Positions 9,302 to 18,589 of a stretch of DNA of 64,000 nt are shown piece by piece. The first letter of the stretch is position 1. Each line of letters begins with the position of its first letter. Made by a program: the position numbers and the translations under genes. The notes under the pieces were generated by a model. That model ran no database searches. It had not been told where the DNA came from and saw nothing but the letters and a program-made list of their open reading frames with translations. Origin of the DNA: a bacterium (GTDB lineage Bacteria; Patescibacteriota; CPR2; UBA1875; CAIMLA01); assembly GCA_037129835.1 (NCBI GenBank), contig JBAXUE010000001.1, positions 90,085 through 154,084 of the forward strand, written 5' to 3'.

Positions 9302-9979
9302 TTATCTACCCAGTGAGCTGTTACAAGTGGAAACGCAAACGTCATGATTATCGGTTCCTACTGGAGGACAGCTAGTAACACAGTCGGTGTATAAATAACC
9401 ATCTTCAAGCCCCTTTAGAGGGAAAGACTGATCGAACGAGTTAGGTCCGAAACCTTTCACGGTAAAGTAAATATCTTCTTCGCCGTTAATATTATCTTTT
9501 ATTCTCGCGTCTTTTACATCTTCTTGTTTGTTGATCCAGTCGATCAAAAGCGTCTTTGCTTCTTGCTGAGTATTGTCTTTTAGTAATCGGCTATACTCAT
9601 TACTAACTGCTGTATAGTTGGGACCCGTCGGTAGATTGGAAGATAAATAATTAAAGATAAGGCTTCCTAAAATATACCCTATTATTAAAACGGTAAAAGC
9701 TATTAATAAAATTGAATTTAATTTTGTTTTTTTTATTAAAGCAAAATATAACACAAAACATACCGCAACAATTGTCCCCGTTACCATAGAAATAATACCC
9801 AAAACATTATAAGCATTACTGAGCGATTCATTCATGGGGAAAAAAGCACTAGAATAATTTAAGAAGATGAACATAGAAATTGTAAGAACCATATTTATTA
9901 ATAGAAGCGAGAGTATAATATCTTTTTTTATTTTTGCAAATATTTTTTTTATTATAATTTTTCTCCTTTCTGTAAGCAT
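9302..9979 (-). CDS. Hypothetical membrane protein, 3 TM plus Cys-rich C-terminus
   Basis: Hydrophobic helices; CVTSC...CVSTC. Confidence 0.7.
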   Translation of the reverse strand: MLTERRKIIIKKIFAKIKKDIILSLLLINMVLTISMFIFLNYSSAFFPMNESLSNAYNVLGIISMVTGTIVAVCFVLYFALIKKTKLNSILLIAFTVLIIGYILGSLIFNYLSSNLPTGPNYTAVSNEYSRLLKDNTQQEAKTLLIDWINKQEDVKDARIKDNINGEEDIYFTVKGFGPNSFDQSFPLKGLEDGYLYTDCVTSCPPVGTDNHDVCVSTCNSSLGR

Positions 9980-10001
9980 ACTCTTATAAGAAATATGCCT
10001 A

Positions 10002-10265
10002 TTAATTTTTGGATAATCTGTTGATTATTAAATATGAAACAGTTATGGCAATTATTATTGAGAAAATAAATAGTATTATTTGTGCGTAATCTGGCAGCAT
10101 TGTTGTATCTGTGAAAACACATGGCGTTGTTGCATGAAGTGGGGGGCAGGCAACAATTTGTTTAGTGAATTTCTGTGATAAATAATCATATAGCAGTATA
10201 GAAAGTAACCCAAATAATGGGATTGTTATAATTAAAGATAAGAAAAAGTATTTATTAAATCTCAT
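10002..10265 (-). CDS. Small 2-TM protein
   Basis: Two TM helices with a C..C loop; TATAGT 6 nt upstream. Confidence 0.65.
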   Translation of the reverse strand: MRFNKYFFLSLIITIPLFGLLSILLYDYLSQKFTKQIVACPPLHATTPCVFTDTTMLPDYAQIILFIFSIIIAITVSYLIINRLSKN

Positions 10266-10291
10266 AGATTAACTATATTTTACTATATTGC

Positions 10292-10681
10292 TCATGATAT
10301 TAATCCAAATATTATTTCTAGTAACTTCGGCATAAAGATAAAAAGACCGACGATTCCAGCTCCGATACAAATTACGAGCACACTGCCAGCAGCGATATCT
10401 CGAGCCTCTTTGGTAGCTTTCGGGTGTATTCCAGGGAAATCTTTAATAATATTACAAACTTCTTCTACTGCCGTATTGATTAATTCTGCACCGAGAACAA
10501 GAGCAATTAACGTCAGAACGATCAGCCATTCGATAAAAGATATTTGGAAAATCACCCCAGCTAGTAAAATTAGTAGGCCAAAGAAGAATTGAATTCTGAT
10601 ATTCTTTCCTTGTGAACCAGATATAATACCTCGCCAAGCGTGAGTAAATGAGCGAAAAAAGTTTCTAAATTTAACTATCAT
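10292..10681 (-). CDS. dgkA: Diacylglycerol/undecaprenol kinase
   Basis: SFTHAWRGI, ELINTAVEE, ARDIAAGSV. Confidence 0.9.
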   Translation of the reverse strand: MIVKFRNFFRSFTHAWRGIISGSQGKNIRIQFFFGLLILLAGVIFQISFIEWLIVLTLIALVLGAELINTAVEEVCNIIKDFPGIHPKATKEARDIAAGSVLVICIGAGIVGLFIFMPKLLEIIFGLIS

Positions 10682-10771
10682 AGGTAAATATTACCGCTAT
10701 TTGGAAAATAAATAAAGCTTATCGGGTGAGAGGTATTTTGCATTTAAGTAAATGGCTGATAGACTTGATGT

Positions 10772-11347
10772 ATGTTTGAATTAGATTCATATATCCTCGT
10801 GTTATTAAATAAATTGGCTATTTCCTCAGATTTTTTGAAATCGGGATTTGTTTTTCTAGCCGAATATTTGATATATTTAGTGCCACTGGTTTTGATAATA
10901 CTTTGGTTCTATTCTCCAAAATCAAAAAAAGTTGCCCTGACGTCATTTTTTTCAGGGACGATTGCCCTCGGAGCCGGGTTGCTTTTGTCGTCAGAAATCA
11001 AAAGAGCCAGACCTTTTGACGGTTTAGGCATCCAGGAAGTACTCTTTCATCGTCCAGATTATTCATTTCCTTCTCATCATGCAATTTTGTTATTTGCGTG
11101 TGCTTTTGCTTTGTGGTTTTGTGGATACAAGAAACTAGGTAAATGGATGATTATTATGGCAGGGATAATCACTATTAGTAGGGTGGCTGTCGGGGTACAC
11201 TACCCATCTGATATAATAATAGGAGGGCTTCTCGGGTTTATCGTTGCTTGGTCAATTTACCGTCTTGATCCTTTACTTGATCGTTTTTATTTATTGTTCT
11301 TGGGTCTTGCGAAAAAATTGAAGCTAAGCTGGTCTTATCTAAAATGA
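10772..11347 (+). CDS. PAP2-family (BcrC-like) undecaprenyl-diphosphatase
   Basis: KRARPF, SFPSHH, SRVAVGVHYPSDII. Confidence 0.9.
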   Translation: MFELDSYILVLLNKLAISSDFLKSGFVFLAEYLIYLVPLVLIILWFYSPKSKKVALTSFFSGTIALGAGLLLSSEIKRARPFDGLGIQEVLFHRPDYSFPSHHAILLFACAFALWFCGYKKLGKWMIIMAGIITISRVAVGVHYPSDIIIGGLLGFIVAWSIYRLDPLLDRFYLLFLGLAKKLKLSWSYLK

Positions 11348-11396
11348 TATTATTTAACTAAAATTTGCTATTAATAGTCAAAAAAGAGTAATATAT

Positions 11397-11418
11397 AAAT
11401 GTGACAAAAGTCACAAAT
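11397..11418. promoter_or_regulatory. CRP/FNR-type palindrome
   Basis: aaaTGTGAcaaaagTCACAaat (TGTGA-N6-TCACA). Confidence 0.5.
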
Positions 11419-11439
11419 ATTATTAAAAAAGGAGCAAAT

Positions 11440-11736
11440 ATGAAGCAACGTAGTCCAATAGCAGTCTTTTTATTACCTTTTATTACCTTTGGAATTTATT
11501 CATTGGTGTGGATGGTGAAGACAAAAGGGGAAATGAACGGCAAGGGTGCTGAAATACCAACAGCTTGGTTAATTATCGTACCCCTAGTTAACATCTGGTG
11601 GATGTGGAAATACAGTGAGGGCGTCGAGAAAGTCACAAATGCCAAGATGAGTGGCGTTTTGGCCTTTATCCTTTTATTCCTTTTGGGAATGATCGGACAG
11701 GCAATTATTCAAGATTCATTCAATAAGATAGCTTAA
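11440..11736 (+). CDS. DUF4234-like membrane protein
   Basis: RSPIAVFLLPFITFGIYSLVW...Q..FN; SD AAGGAG before ATG 11440. Confidence 0.75.
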   Translation: MKQRSPIAVFLLPFITFGIYSLVWMVKTKGEMNGKGAEIPTAWLIIVPLVNIWWMWKYSEGVEKVTNAKMSGVLAFILLFLLGMIGQAIIQDSFNKIA

Positions 11737-11833
11737 CTTTAATATTTCTTAGGAGGCCACATAAGGGCCTCCTTTTTAATTTGTAAATTCAATAGTATAA
11801 AGTTAGAATAATATATGTGTTCAGGAGTAGAAA

Positions 11834-12721
11834 ATGAATGTAATTGAAATAAAAAAACTTACTAAATATTACGGTAAATCACGCGGAATAGTAGACCTAG
11901 ATTTAACTATCGAAGAAGGGGAAGTTTTTGGGTTTATTGGACCAAATGGAGCTGGCAAATCAACTACGATACGGACTTTACTTGGACTTATTCATCCGAC
12001 TAGTGGTAGCGCGACGATATTTGGCAAAGATATCAAAGAGTTTGGCCCAGAAATACGCGAGCAAGTCGGTTATCTTCCGTCAGAGGTTTTCTATTACGAT
12101 GGAATGAAGGTGATAGATTTACTCAAATATTCTGCTAGTTTTTACAAAAAAGACCAAAAAGTTATCGAGAGGCGGATAGGTGAGCTGGCTAAATTACTCG
12201 ATTTGGACTTAAAAAAGAAGATAGATGACCTTTCTTATGGTAACAAGAAAAAAGTTGGGATTATCCAGGGATTATTGCACGAACCAAAACTGATTATACT
12301 TGATGAGCCGACAGGGGGTCTTGATCCGTTAATGCAACAGAAATTTTTTGAGCTTTTACGCGAAGAAAATAAAAGGGGCGCAACTATCTTGTTCTCGTCA
12401 CATATTCTCGGAGAAGTTCAGAAGATGTGTAGCCGAGTCGCTATAATAAAAGAAGGCAAGATTATTAAAACCGAAAAGATTAGCGACCTTTTGGAAAATA
12501 ATACTAAGCGGTTTAAGCTTGAGACGAATAAAATAACTGACAAAAAAGTTTTAGAAGGCATTAAGGGCATCAGCGATTTGACAGTCCAAGGCAAGGAGAT
12601 TAATTTCTTGTTTCGAGGTCACATAAATGAGGTAACAAAGAAGTTGGCCACAATAGACCTTTTAAATCTCGAAGTAACCGAGCCAGATTTGGAAGAAATT
12701 TTCCTGCATTATTATAAATAA
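11834..12721 (+). CDS. ABC-2 type transporter ATP-binding protein
   Basis: GPNGAGKST, LSYGNKKK, ILDEPT, SSH. Confidence 0.93.
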   Translation: MNVIEIKKLTKYYGKSRGIVDLDLTIEEGEVFGFIGPNGAGKSTTIRTLLGLIHPTSGSATIFGKDIKEFGPEIREQVGYLPSEVFYYDGMKVIDLLKYSASFYKKDQKVIERRIGELAKLLDLDLKKKIDDLSYGNKKKVGIIQGLLHEPKLIILDEPTGGLDPLMQQKFFELLREENKRGATILFSSHILGEVQKMCSRVAIIKEGKIIKTEKISDLLENNTKRFKLETNKITDKKVLEGIKGISDLTVQGKEINFLFRGHINEVTKKLATIDLLNLEVTEPDLEEIFLHYYK

Positions 12722-12731
12722 GATAAAAATT

Positions 12732-13532
12732 ATGAATATATATTTTCAAGAAGTTAAAAATTACTTTCGAGTTACAATGGTGTGGATTGCAGCGCTTTCG
12801 CTGATGTCATTCGGGTTTTTATCGATGTTTGGTAGTTTCTCAGGCGATGTAGAGAATATGAAACATTTACTCGCCGGTTATCCGCCGCAGGTACTTAGCG
12901 CACTAAATCTTCAGGTCGGTATTTTTTTTACCGCTATCGGATTCTTTGCCTATATCCTGACATTTATCTGGTTGGTTGGGGCGATGCAGGCAATGAATCT
13001 CGGTATGGGAATACTGTCAAAGGAGATAGCTGGCAAGACTGCAGATTTTCTTCTCACGAAGCCTGTTACTAGATTTAGTATGCTCACACAGAAACTTTTT
13101 GCCACCCTTACATTATTAGTTATTACTAATATTTGTTTTGTCGCGGTGACTATGTTCTCAGTAAACATGTTTTCAAAAGATCCTTTCGATGGATATATTT
13201 TGTTTCTTTCAACGTTGACACTTTTCCTGGTTCAACTAATCTTCTTGAGCCTAGGATTTGCCCTAGCAGCGCTGATTCCAAAGATTAAAACTGTTCTTTC
13301 ATATACTCTGCCAACAGTTTTTGGGCTTTTTATCTTAGGTCTTTTTGGTAATGTCCTAGGTAATGAGGAAATCTACTACCTAACGCCTTTTAAATATTTC
13401 GACGTGTCATATATTATCCGCAACTCTTCGTATCAATCAAAATATCTTTGGCTAGCGTTGGGGTTAACGCTTGTTGGCATTATTGTTGGCTATGCAGCAT
13501 TTATAAACAAAGATATAGAGGCGGCAAACTAA
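12732..13532 (+). CDS. ABC-2 permease
   Basis: SKEIAGKTADFLLTKPVTR; 6 TM; TPFKYF. Confidence 0.88.
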   Translation: MNIYFQEVKNYFRVTMVWIAALSLMSFGFLSMFGSFSGDVENMKHLLAGYPPQVLSALNLQVGIFFTAIGFFAYILTFIWLVGAMQAMNLGMGILSKEIAGKTADFLLTKPVTRFSMLTQKLFATLTLLVITNICFVAVTMFSVNMFSKDPFDGYILFLSTLTLFLVQLIFLSLGFALAALIPKIKTVLSYTLPTVFGLFILGLFGNVLGNEEIYYLTPFKYFDVSYIIRNSSYQSKYLWLALGLTLVGIIVGYAAFINKDIEAAN

Positions 13533-14335
13533 TGAATGTATATTATAGAGAAATCAAATCTCATTGGAAGGGTTTTCTAGGTTGGTCAGCCGCGATAGCA
13601 TTTACTATCGTTTCTGGAATGGTAAAGTTCCAGGGTTACAATACCGCATCAGGAAAGGCCAATATAGGAGAACTTCTAAAAACTTTCCCAAAACCAATAC
13701 TGGCGATATTCGGAATGTCGGGTCTAGATGTAACAAAGATGATTGGATATGTGGGGATAATGTATCTTTACATCGTCCTAATCGGAGCCATCTATGCCGC
13801 GCTTGCAGGTGCTGAAATTATCTCGAAAGAAGAACTAGATAAGACTTCTGAATTTCTATATCCGAAGCCAGTTAGCCGTAGTAGAGTCCTAATAGAGAAA
13901 ATTTTAGCGGCCGTTACTTTTCAGCTTCTGTTTTTTATAGTCGCAGTAATTACAAATATTTGGATAGTTGACTACTACAATACGGGATATAGTCTCACGC
14001 CTCAAGTAATGACTTTGATGTGGGGAGTGTTACTCTTTCAACTAGTTTCATTCTCATTCGGAGTCTTTTTTGCTGGTATTTTTAAGAACCCTAAGCTTCC
14101 AACGGCTGCAGTTACTACCGTTGTTGTCTCGAGCTATCTGCTGTCAGTATTTATTGATATTAATGCTAACCTAGATTTTTTAAAGCCACTTACGCCTTTC
14201 CAATATTTTGGCGCCCCAAGGATTATAGCTGAAGGTCAACTGGATCCATTCTACGTTATTATGTTGCTCACAGTTTCGGCATTATTGTTAGTTTCAACGT
14301 ATTATTTTTACAATAAACGCGACCTTAATATTTAA
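13532..14335 (+). CDS. ABC-2 permease, paralogue of the preceding gene
   Basis: TAATG coupling; SKEELDKTSEFLYPKPVSR; TPFQYF; KRDL. Confidence 0.88.
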   Translation: MNVYYREIKSHWKGFLGWSAAIAFTIVSGMVKFQGYNTASGKANIGELLKTFPKPILAIFGMSGLDVTKMIGYVGIMYLYIVLIGAIYAALAGAEIISKEELDKTSEFLYPKPVSRSRVLIEKILAAVTFQLLFFIVAVITNIWIVDYYNTGYSLTPQVMTLMWGVLLFQLVSFSFGVFFAGIFKNPKLPTAAVTTVVVSSYLLSVFIDINANLDFLKPLTPFQYFGAPRIIAEGQLDPFYVIMLLTVSALLLVSTYYFYNKRDLNI

Positions 14336-14394
14336 TATATTCTGACAAAATATAAGAAGCATGAAAGGATATAATATTTAGCATATCTGTTTTT

Positions 14395-14748
14395 TTATTT
14401 AGTATTTTTGTTGTGCTTTATATCATGTTTAATCGCATATTCATCTGCGATTTCTTCTGGGCTCATTTCATTCGAATTTTTGGGTTCTTTCTTAAAATAA
14501 TCATCATTGTAGATCGGAGGATCGTTTGGCGGTATTTCGACCGAACTCTCATGCTCCAGTGTTTTAATATTAATTAGTTTTTTAGTTTCACTGAAGCCAC
14601 CAGTAGAGTTTCTAATTCTTTTAACTATATATTTTTTCCCGTCAGGGCCAACTTCAGTTGATTCTACCAACTCCTGTTGTTCATTTCCGACTCTCCATGT
14701 TTCTTGTTCGCCGGTTTGCTTGCTGAAATCTGGTTGTAGTTCTGTCAT
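14395..14748 (-). CDS. Hypothetical protein
   Basis: 117-aa ORF with SD AGGAG. Confidence 0.65.
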   Translation of the reverse strand: MTELQPDFSKQTGEQETWRVGNEQQELVESTEVGPDGKKYIVKRIRNSTGGFSETKKLINIKTLEHESSVEIPPNDPPIYNDDYFKKEPKNSNEMSPEEIADEYAIKHDIKHNKNTK

Positions 14749-14844
14749 TTTGTTCTCCTGTTAATGTTATTAATTTAATGCCATAGTTAATATTAAGTCA
14801 AATATATTACTATTAAAAAGTCTATTTTTGGCTATAATTGGAAT

Positions 14845-16365
14845 ATGAAAAATATTAAAAAAATAAATATATATATTGCAAAATTCATAAATACGCCAAA
14901 ATACTTTTTCCCGCTACTGGTATTGGTATATTTCCTGTCACGTCTACCAGTTTGGTTATACCCTTTTGATAGTGATCATTGGATATTCTATTATGTCGGT
15001 AAAAATTGGTTTCACGGAGGGACTTTGTATTTAACTGCCTGGGATCATAAACCACCGATAATATTTTTAATAAATGGATTGATGTCAGTTATTCTTGGTG
15101 ACAATATAATTTTGCACCGAATTCTTTTTTCTTTTGTTGGTCTATTTAGTGTGTATCTAATGTACTTATTGTTAAAGCTGGTTGTTCCTAGGTTTAAGTT
15201 GAAGTCACCACAACTTGCGATAAATACAGGAATTTTGATATTTGTTATACTGACAAATGTCGCACAGTTTACAAGTAGCGGGAATGATACTGAAAATTTT
15301 GCTTTGCCGTTTTTGATTGGGATGATATTGTCCTACCTTTCATTTAGAAATAGTAATAAATATTGGCAATTACTTGTCTCCGGGATATGTCTTTCTTTTA
15401 TGTTCTTTTTAAAGGGAAATTTCCTACTATTGGCAATGCCAATCGGATTTTTTGTTATTTTTGATAATTTGAAAAATATTAAAAAAATGTTTATGGATGG
15501 TTTTATTTTTGGGCTACCCTTATTTTTACATTCATTAATTTGGATTGTTTATTTCGCGTTGCATAATGGCTTGCAAGATTTTTTGATTGCGACATTTATT
15601 TTTAGTGCTAAATACTCTGGCAGTGCCTGGGTTGGCCAGCTCAGTAGTATGAAAACATTTTATTTTATGGTTTCGTTAGCTTCACCCATTATTATTATTG
15701 CACCAATTTATTATTTTTTTCTTTTCAAAAAAGGTAGGAAAATTGCCGAATATAACTTTTTCGCACTTACGCTTTTGTTTTGTTTTATTGCTTTCTTTTC
15801 AGTAGGTTTGCCTTATCTTTATTATTTTTTAATCGCAATGCCTATTTATACGATCACGGCCATATATTCTATATTCTCTGACCATAATAGCTATAGGGTT
15901 GTAGGTAAATTTATATATACATGGTTTCTTTGTATGTTTTTTGCAGGGATTATTCTTTTATCGATTATAAGTATGAGACAATTACCGGCACTGAGCTCTG
16001 AAAATACAAATTCTGAAGCTATTGAATATAAAAACATCGCACAATACGTAAATAAAAATACTGACACGAATGATACTGTTTTTGCCAATGATTATGGTGG
16101 TACTTTTTACCGACTTTCTGATAGAGATTCTGGATCAAGGTTTATCTCCGCAAGCGTTTTGCTGCTAGACTACCGAGGCAATTATGGGTTTCATCTTAAT
16201 GATTTGTTTATCTCAGATGCTGAGAAATCAAAGCCAAAATATGTAGTGGTTTATAAAGACAAATCTAGTTTGTATTATCAAAATAAACCTATAGTTAAGT
16301 ACTTTAGCGGCCATTACCATTTAGAAAAATCCTTTAATAAGTTTGAGGTATTAAGAAGAAATTAG
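14845..16365 (+). CDS. GT-C fold (ArnT/PMT, GT39-like) glycosyltransferase
   Basis: DSD, LYLTAWDHKPP, TENF motifs; many TM helices; leaderless. Confidence 0.8.
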   Translation: MKNIKKINIYIAKFINTPKYFFPLLVLVYFLSRLPVWLYPFDSDHWIFYYVGKNWFHGGTLYLTAWDHKPPIIFLINGLMSVILGDNIILHRILFSFVGLFSVYLMYLLLKLVVPRFKLKSPQLAINTGILIFVILTNVAQFTSSGNDTENFALPFLIGMILSYLSFRNSNKYWQLLVSGICLSFMFFLKGNFLLLAMPIGFFVIFDNLKNIKKMFMDGFIFGLPLFLHSLIWIVYFALHNGLQDFLIATFIFSAKYSGSAWVGQLSSMKTFYFMVSLASPIIIIAPIYYFFLFKKGRKIAEYNFFALTLLFCFIAFFSVGLPYLYYFLIAMPIYTITAIYSIFSDHNSYRVVGKFIYTWFLCMFFAGIILLSIISMRQLPALSSENTNSEAIEYKNIAQYVNKNTDTNDTVFANDYGGTFYRLSDRDSGSRFISASVLLLDYRGNYGFHLNDLFISDAEKSKPKYVVVYKDKSSLYYQNKPIVKYFSGHYHLEKSFNKFEVLRRN

Positions 16366-16372
16366 TTCTTCC

Positions 16373-16401
16373 TTGAAATATGAGCACAAAAAGACTATAA
16401 T
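16373..16401 (+). promoter_or_regulatory. Sigma70 promoter for tRNA-Pro
   Basis: TTGAAA-17-TATAAT. Confidence 0.7.
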
Positions 16402-16413
16402 ATCTTGGTTAGC

Positions 16414-16489
16414 CGGGGTGTAGCACAGTTGGTAGTGCGCGCGGTTTGGGACCGCGAGGTCGAAGGTTCGAGTCCTTTCACCCCGACCA
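16414..16489 (+). tRNA. tRNA-Pro(TGG)
   Basis: cgcgg-ttTGGga-ccgcg; GTTCGAG; encoded CCA. Confidence 0.95.
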
Positions 16490-16523
16490 TAAATAAAAAT
16501 AGCCCTGCAAGGGGCTTTATTTA

Positions 16524-16574
16524 TTGACCAATAAATATATTTGTAATATAATTACTAAAAGTAAGAAAAGTAAG
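16524..16574 (+). promoter_or_regulatory. Promoter and putative AbrB operator
   Basis: TTGACC-17-TATAAT, then ttact-aaa-agtaa and tandem aaaagtaag repeats. Confidence 0.6.
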
Positions 16575-16576
16575 AG

Positions 16577-16816
16577 GTGATGATGAACTATCCACAACCG
16601 GAATTCTATGGCAGTACAATCGTTAGTGATAAGGGGCAAGTGGTTATACCCGTCGAGGCAAGAAACGTTTTAGGCTTAGAAAAAGGGGAGAAACTTCTTG
16701 TTATGGGAATTGACGAAAAAGGAATTATGCTGATGAAGGTTTCTGCTTTTGAAAAAATTTCACTTGAGATGGCAAAGAAACAGAAGCAAATAAATAAAAT
16801 TATTGAGAGTATTTAA
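16577..16816 (+). CDS. AbrB/MazE/SpoVT-family regulator
   Basis: FYGSTIVSDKGQVVIPVEAR..LGL..GEKL. Confidence 0.88.
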   Translation: MMMNYPQPEFYGSTIVSDKGQVVIPVEARNVLGLEKGEKLLVMGIDEKGIMLMKVSAFEKISLEMAKKQKQINKIIESI

Positions 16817-18589
16817 TTGCTCAAATTAGCTAAATATCTAAAGCCATATGTTATCGGCCTTATAGGGGTTCTGATTTTGACATATATACAGGTTATGACC
16901 AGTTTGCAGCTTCCAGATTATATGGCGCAAATTATCAACGATGGCATCGTGGCTCAAAATAATAGTATTATCTGGAATACGGGTTTTTGGATGTTGGTAG
17001 TAGCGTTGCTGGGTGCCGTTTGTACCGTTGGTGTAGGTTATCTGTCAGCGAAAGTTGCTACTGGATTTTCAAGAGATTTGCGCGAAAAAGTTTTTACTAA
17101 GGTGGAAAGCTTTTCAATGCGCGAGTTTGACAAATTTTCCACCGCATCACTTATTACACGTTCTACAAATGACATTCAGCAAATACAAATGGTTTTTTTG
17201 ATGATATTAAGAATGGTTTTAGCGGCACCCATTATGGCAGTTGGCGCAGTAGTGAAGGCTTATAATATGGCTCCTTCGATGTCTTGGATCCTCGCTCTTG
17301 CAGTTACTGTTTTGGCTGGCATGATAATGTTGATATTTACTATCGCATTACCAAAATTCAAGATGTTACAAAAGTTAGTAGATAAGCTCAACTTGGTTAC
17401 TAGGGAGAACTTAACTGGCCTTAGGGTTATTCGAGCTTTTAATGCAGAAAGCTATGAAGAGAAAAAATTTGAGAAAGCAAATCGTGATCTAACGAATGTG
17501 AATCTTTTTGTTAATAGGCTAATGGTTGTAATGCAACCGATGATGATGCTGATTTTCAATATGACTGCAATCGCCATCGTTTGGTTTGGAGCCCACCTTA
17601 TTGGTACCGGAAGCTTGGCTATTGGTGATATGATCGCCTTTATGCAATATGCGATGCAGGTTATTATGTCGTTCTTGATGCTTTCATTCATCTTTATAGG
17701 GGTTCCGAGAGCGTCTGTCTCGGCGGGTCGTGTAGCAGAAGTTATTGATACTGAACCAGCAATTAAGGATCCTGAAAACCCGAAGAAATTTGCTATAAGT
17801 GAAAAAGGAATTATTGAATTTCGAGATGTTACCTTTTGCTATCCTGGTGCCGATACTCCGGTTTTACAAAATGTATCATTTGAGGCTCATTCTGGCCAAA
17901 CAACAGCATTTATCGGAAGTACAGGCAGCGGCAAATCAACTCTTATTAATCTGATTCCACGGTTTTATGACACTTCTAAGGGGCAGATATTGATAGATGG
18001 GCTAGATGTTCGAGAAGTTAGCCAGGAAGACCTTTGTAGTAAAATTGGTTATGTACCACAAAAAGGTGTTTTGTTTTCAGGTTCACTTAAGTCTAATATA
18101 AAATATGGCGCTCCCAAAGCTTCGGAAAACGAAATGAAGAAGGCAATAGAAATCGCTCAAGCCACTGATTTTGTTGCGGAAATGCCCAAAAAATATAATA
18201 CTAATATTTCTCAAGGGGGAACGAATGTGTCGGGTGGACAAAAACAACGCCTTTCTATTGCGAGAGCGATATTAAAAAAACCGGAAATATATATCTTTGA
18301 TGATAGTTTTTCTGCTCTTGATTTCAGGACCGATGCGGCTCTGAGAGCGGCTCTGGCTGCAGCCACAAAAGATGTGACAGTGTTGATAGTAGCTCAACGA
18401 GTTAGTACTATCCTAAATGCAGATAAAATAATTGTTCTAGATGAAGGAAAAATAGTTGGCATCGGTAAGCACACAGAACTGTTGGCGACGAATCCTGTAT
18501 ATCGAGAAATTGCATCTTCTCAATTATCGGCCGATGAACTGTCTGATGAGTCTCAAAATCAGCTTTTGGTTACTGGAGAAACGGCATGA
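16817..18589 (+). CDS. Heterodimeric ABC exporter, subunit A
   Basis: TMD plus NBD; GSTGSGKST, VSGGQKQR, degenerate IFDDS and AQR. Confidence 0.93.
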   Translation: MLKLAKYLKPYVIGLIGVLILTYIQVMTSLQLPDYMAQIINDGIVAQNNSIIWNTGFWMLVVALLGAVCTVGVGYLSAKVATGFSRDLREKVFTKVESFSMREFDKFSTASLITRSTNDIQQIQMVFLMILRMVLAAPIMAVGAVVKAYNMAPSMSWILALAVTVLAGMIMLIFTIALPKFKMLQKLVDKLNLVTRENLTGLRVIRAFNAESYEEKKFEKANRDLTNVNLFVNRLMVVMQPMMMLIFNMTAIAIVWFGAHLIGTGSLAIGDMIAFMQYAMQVIMSFLMLSFIFIGVPRASVSAGRVAEVIDTEPAIKDPENPKKFAISEKGIIEFRDVTFCYPGADTPVLQNVSFEAHSGQTTAFIGSTGSGKSTLINLIPRFYDTSKGQILIDGLDVREVSQEDLCSKIGYVPQKGVLFSGSLKSNIKYGAPKASENEMKKAIEIAQATDFVAEMPKKYNTNISQGGTNVSGGQKQRLSIARAILKKPEIYIFDDSFSALDFRTDAALRAALAAATKDVTVLIVAQRVSTILNADKIIVLDEGKIVGIGKHTELLATNPVYREIASSQLSADELSDESQNQLLVTGETA

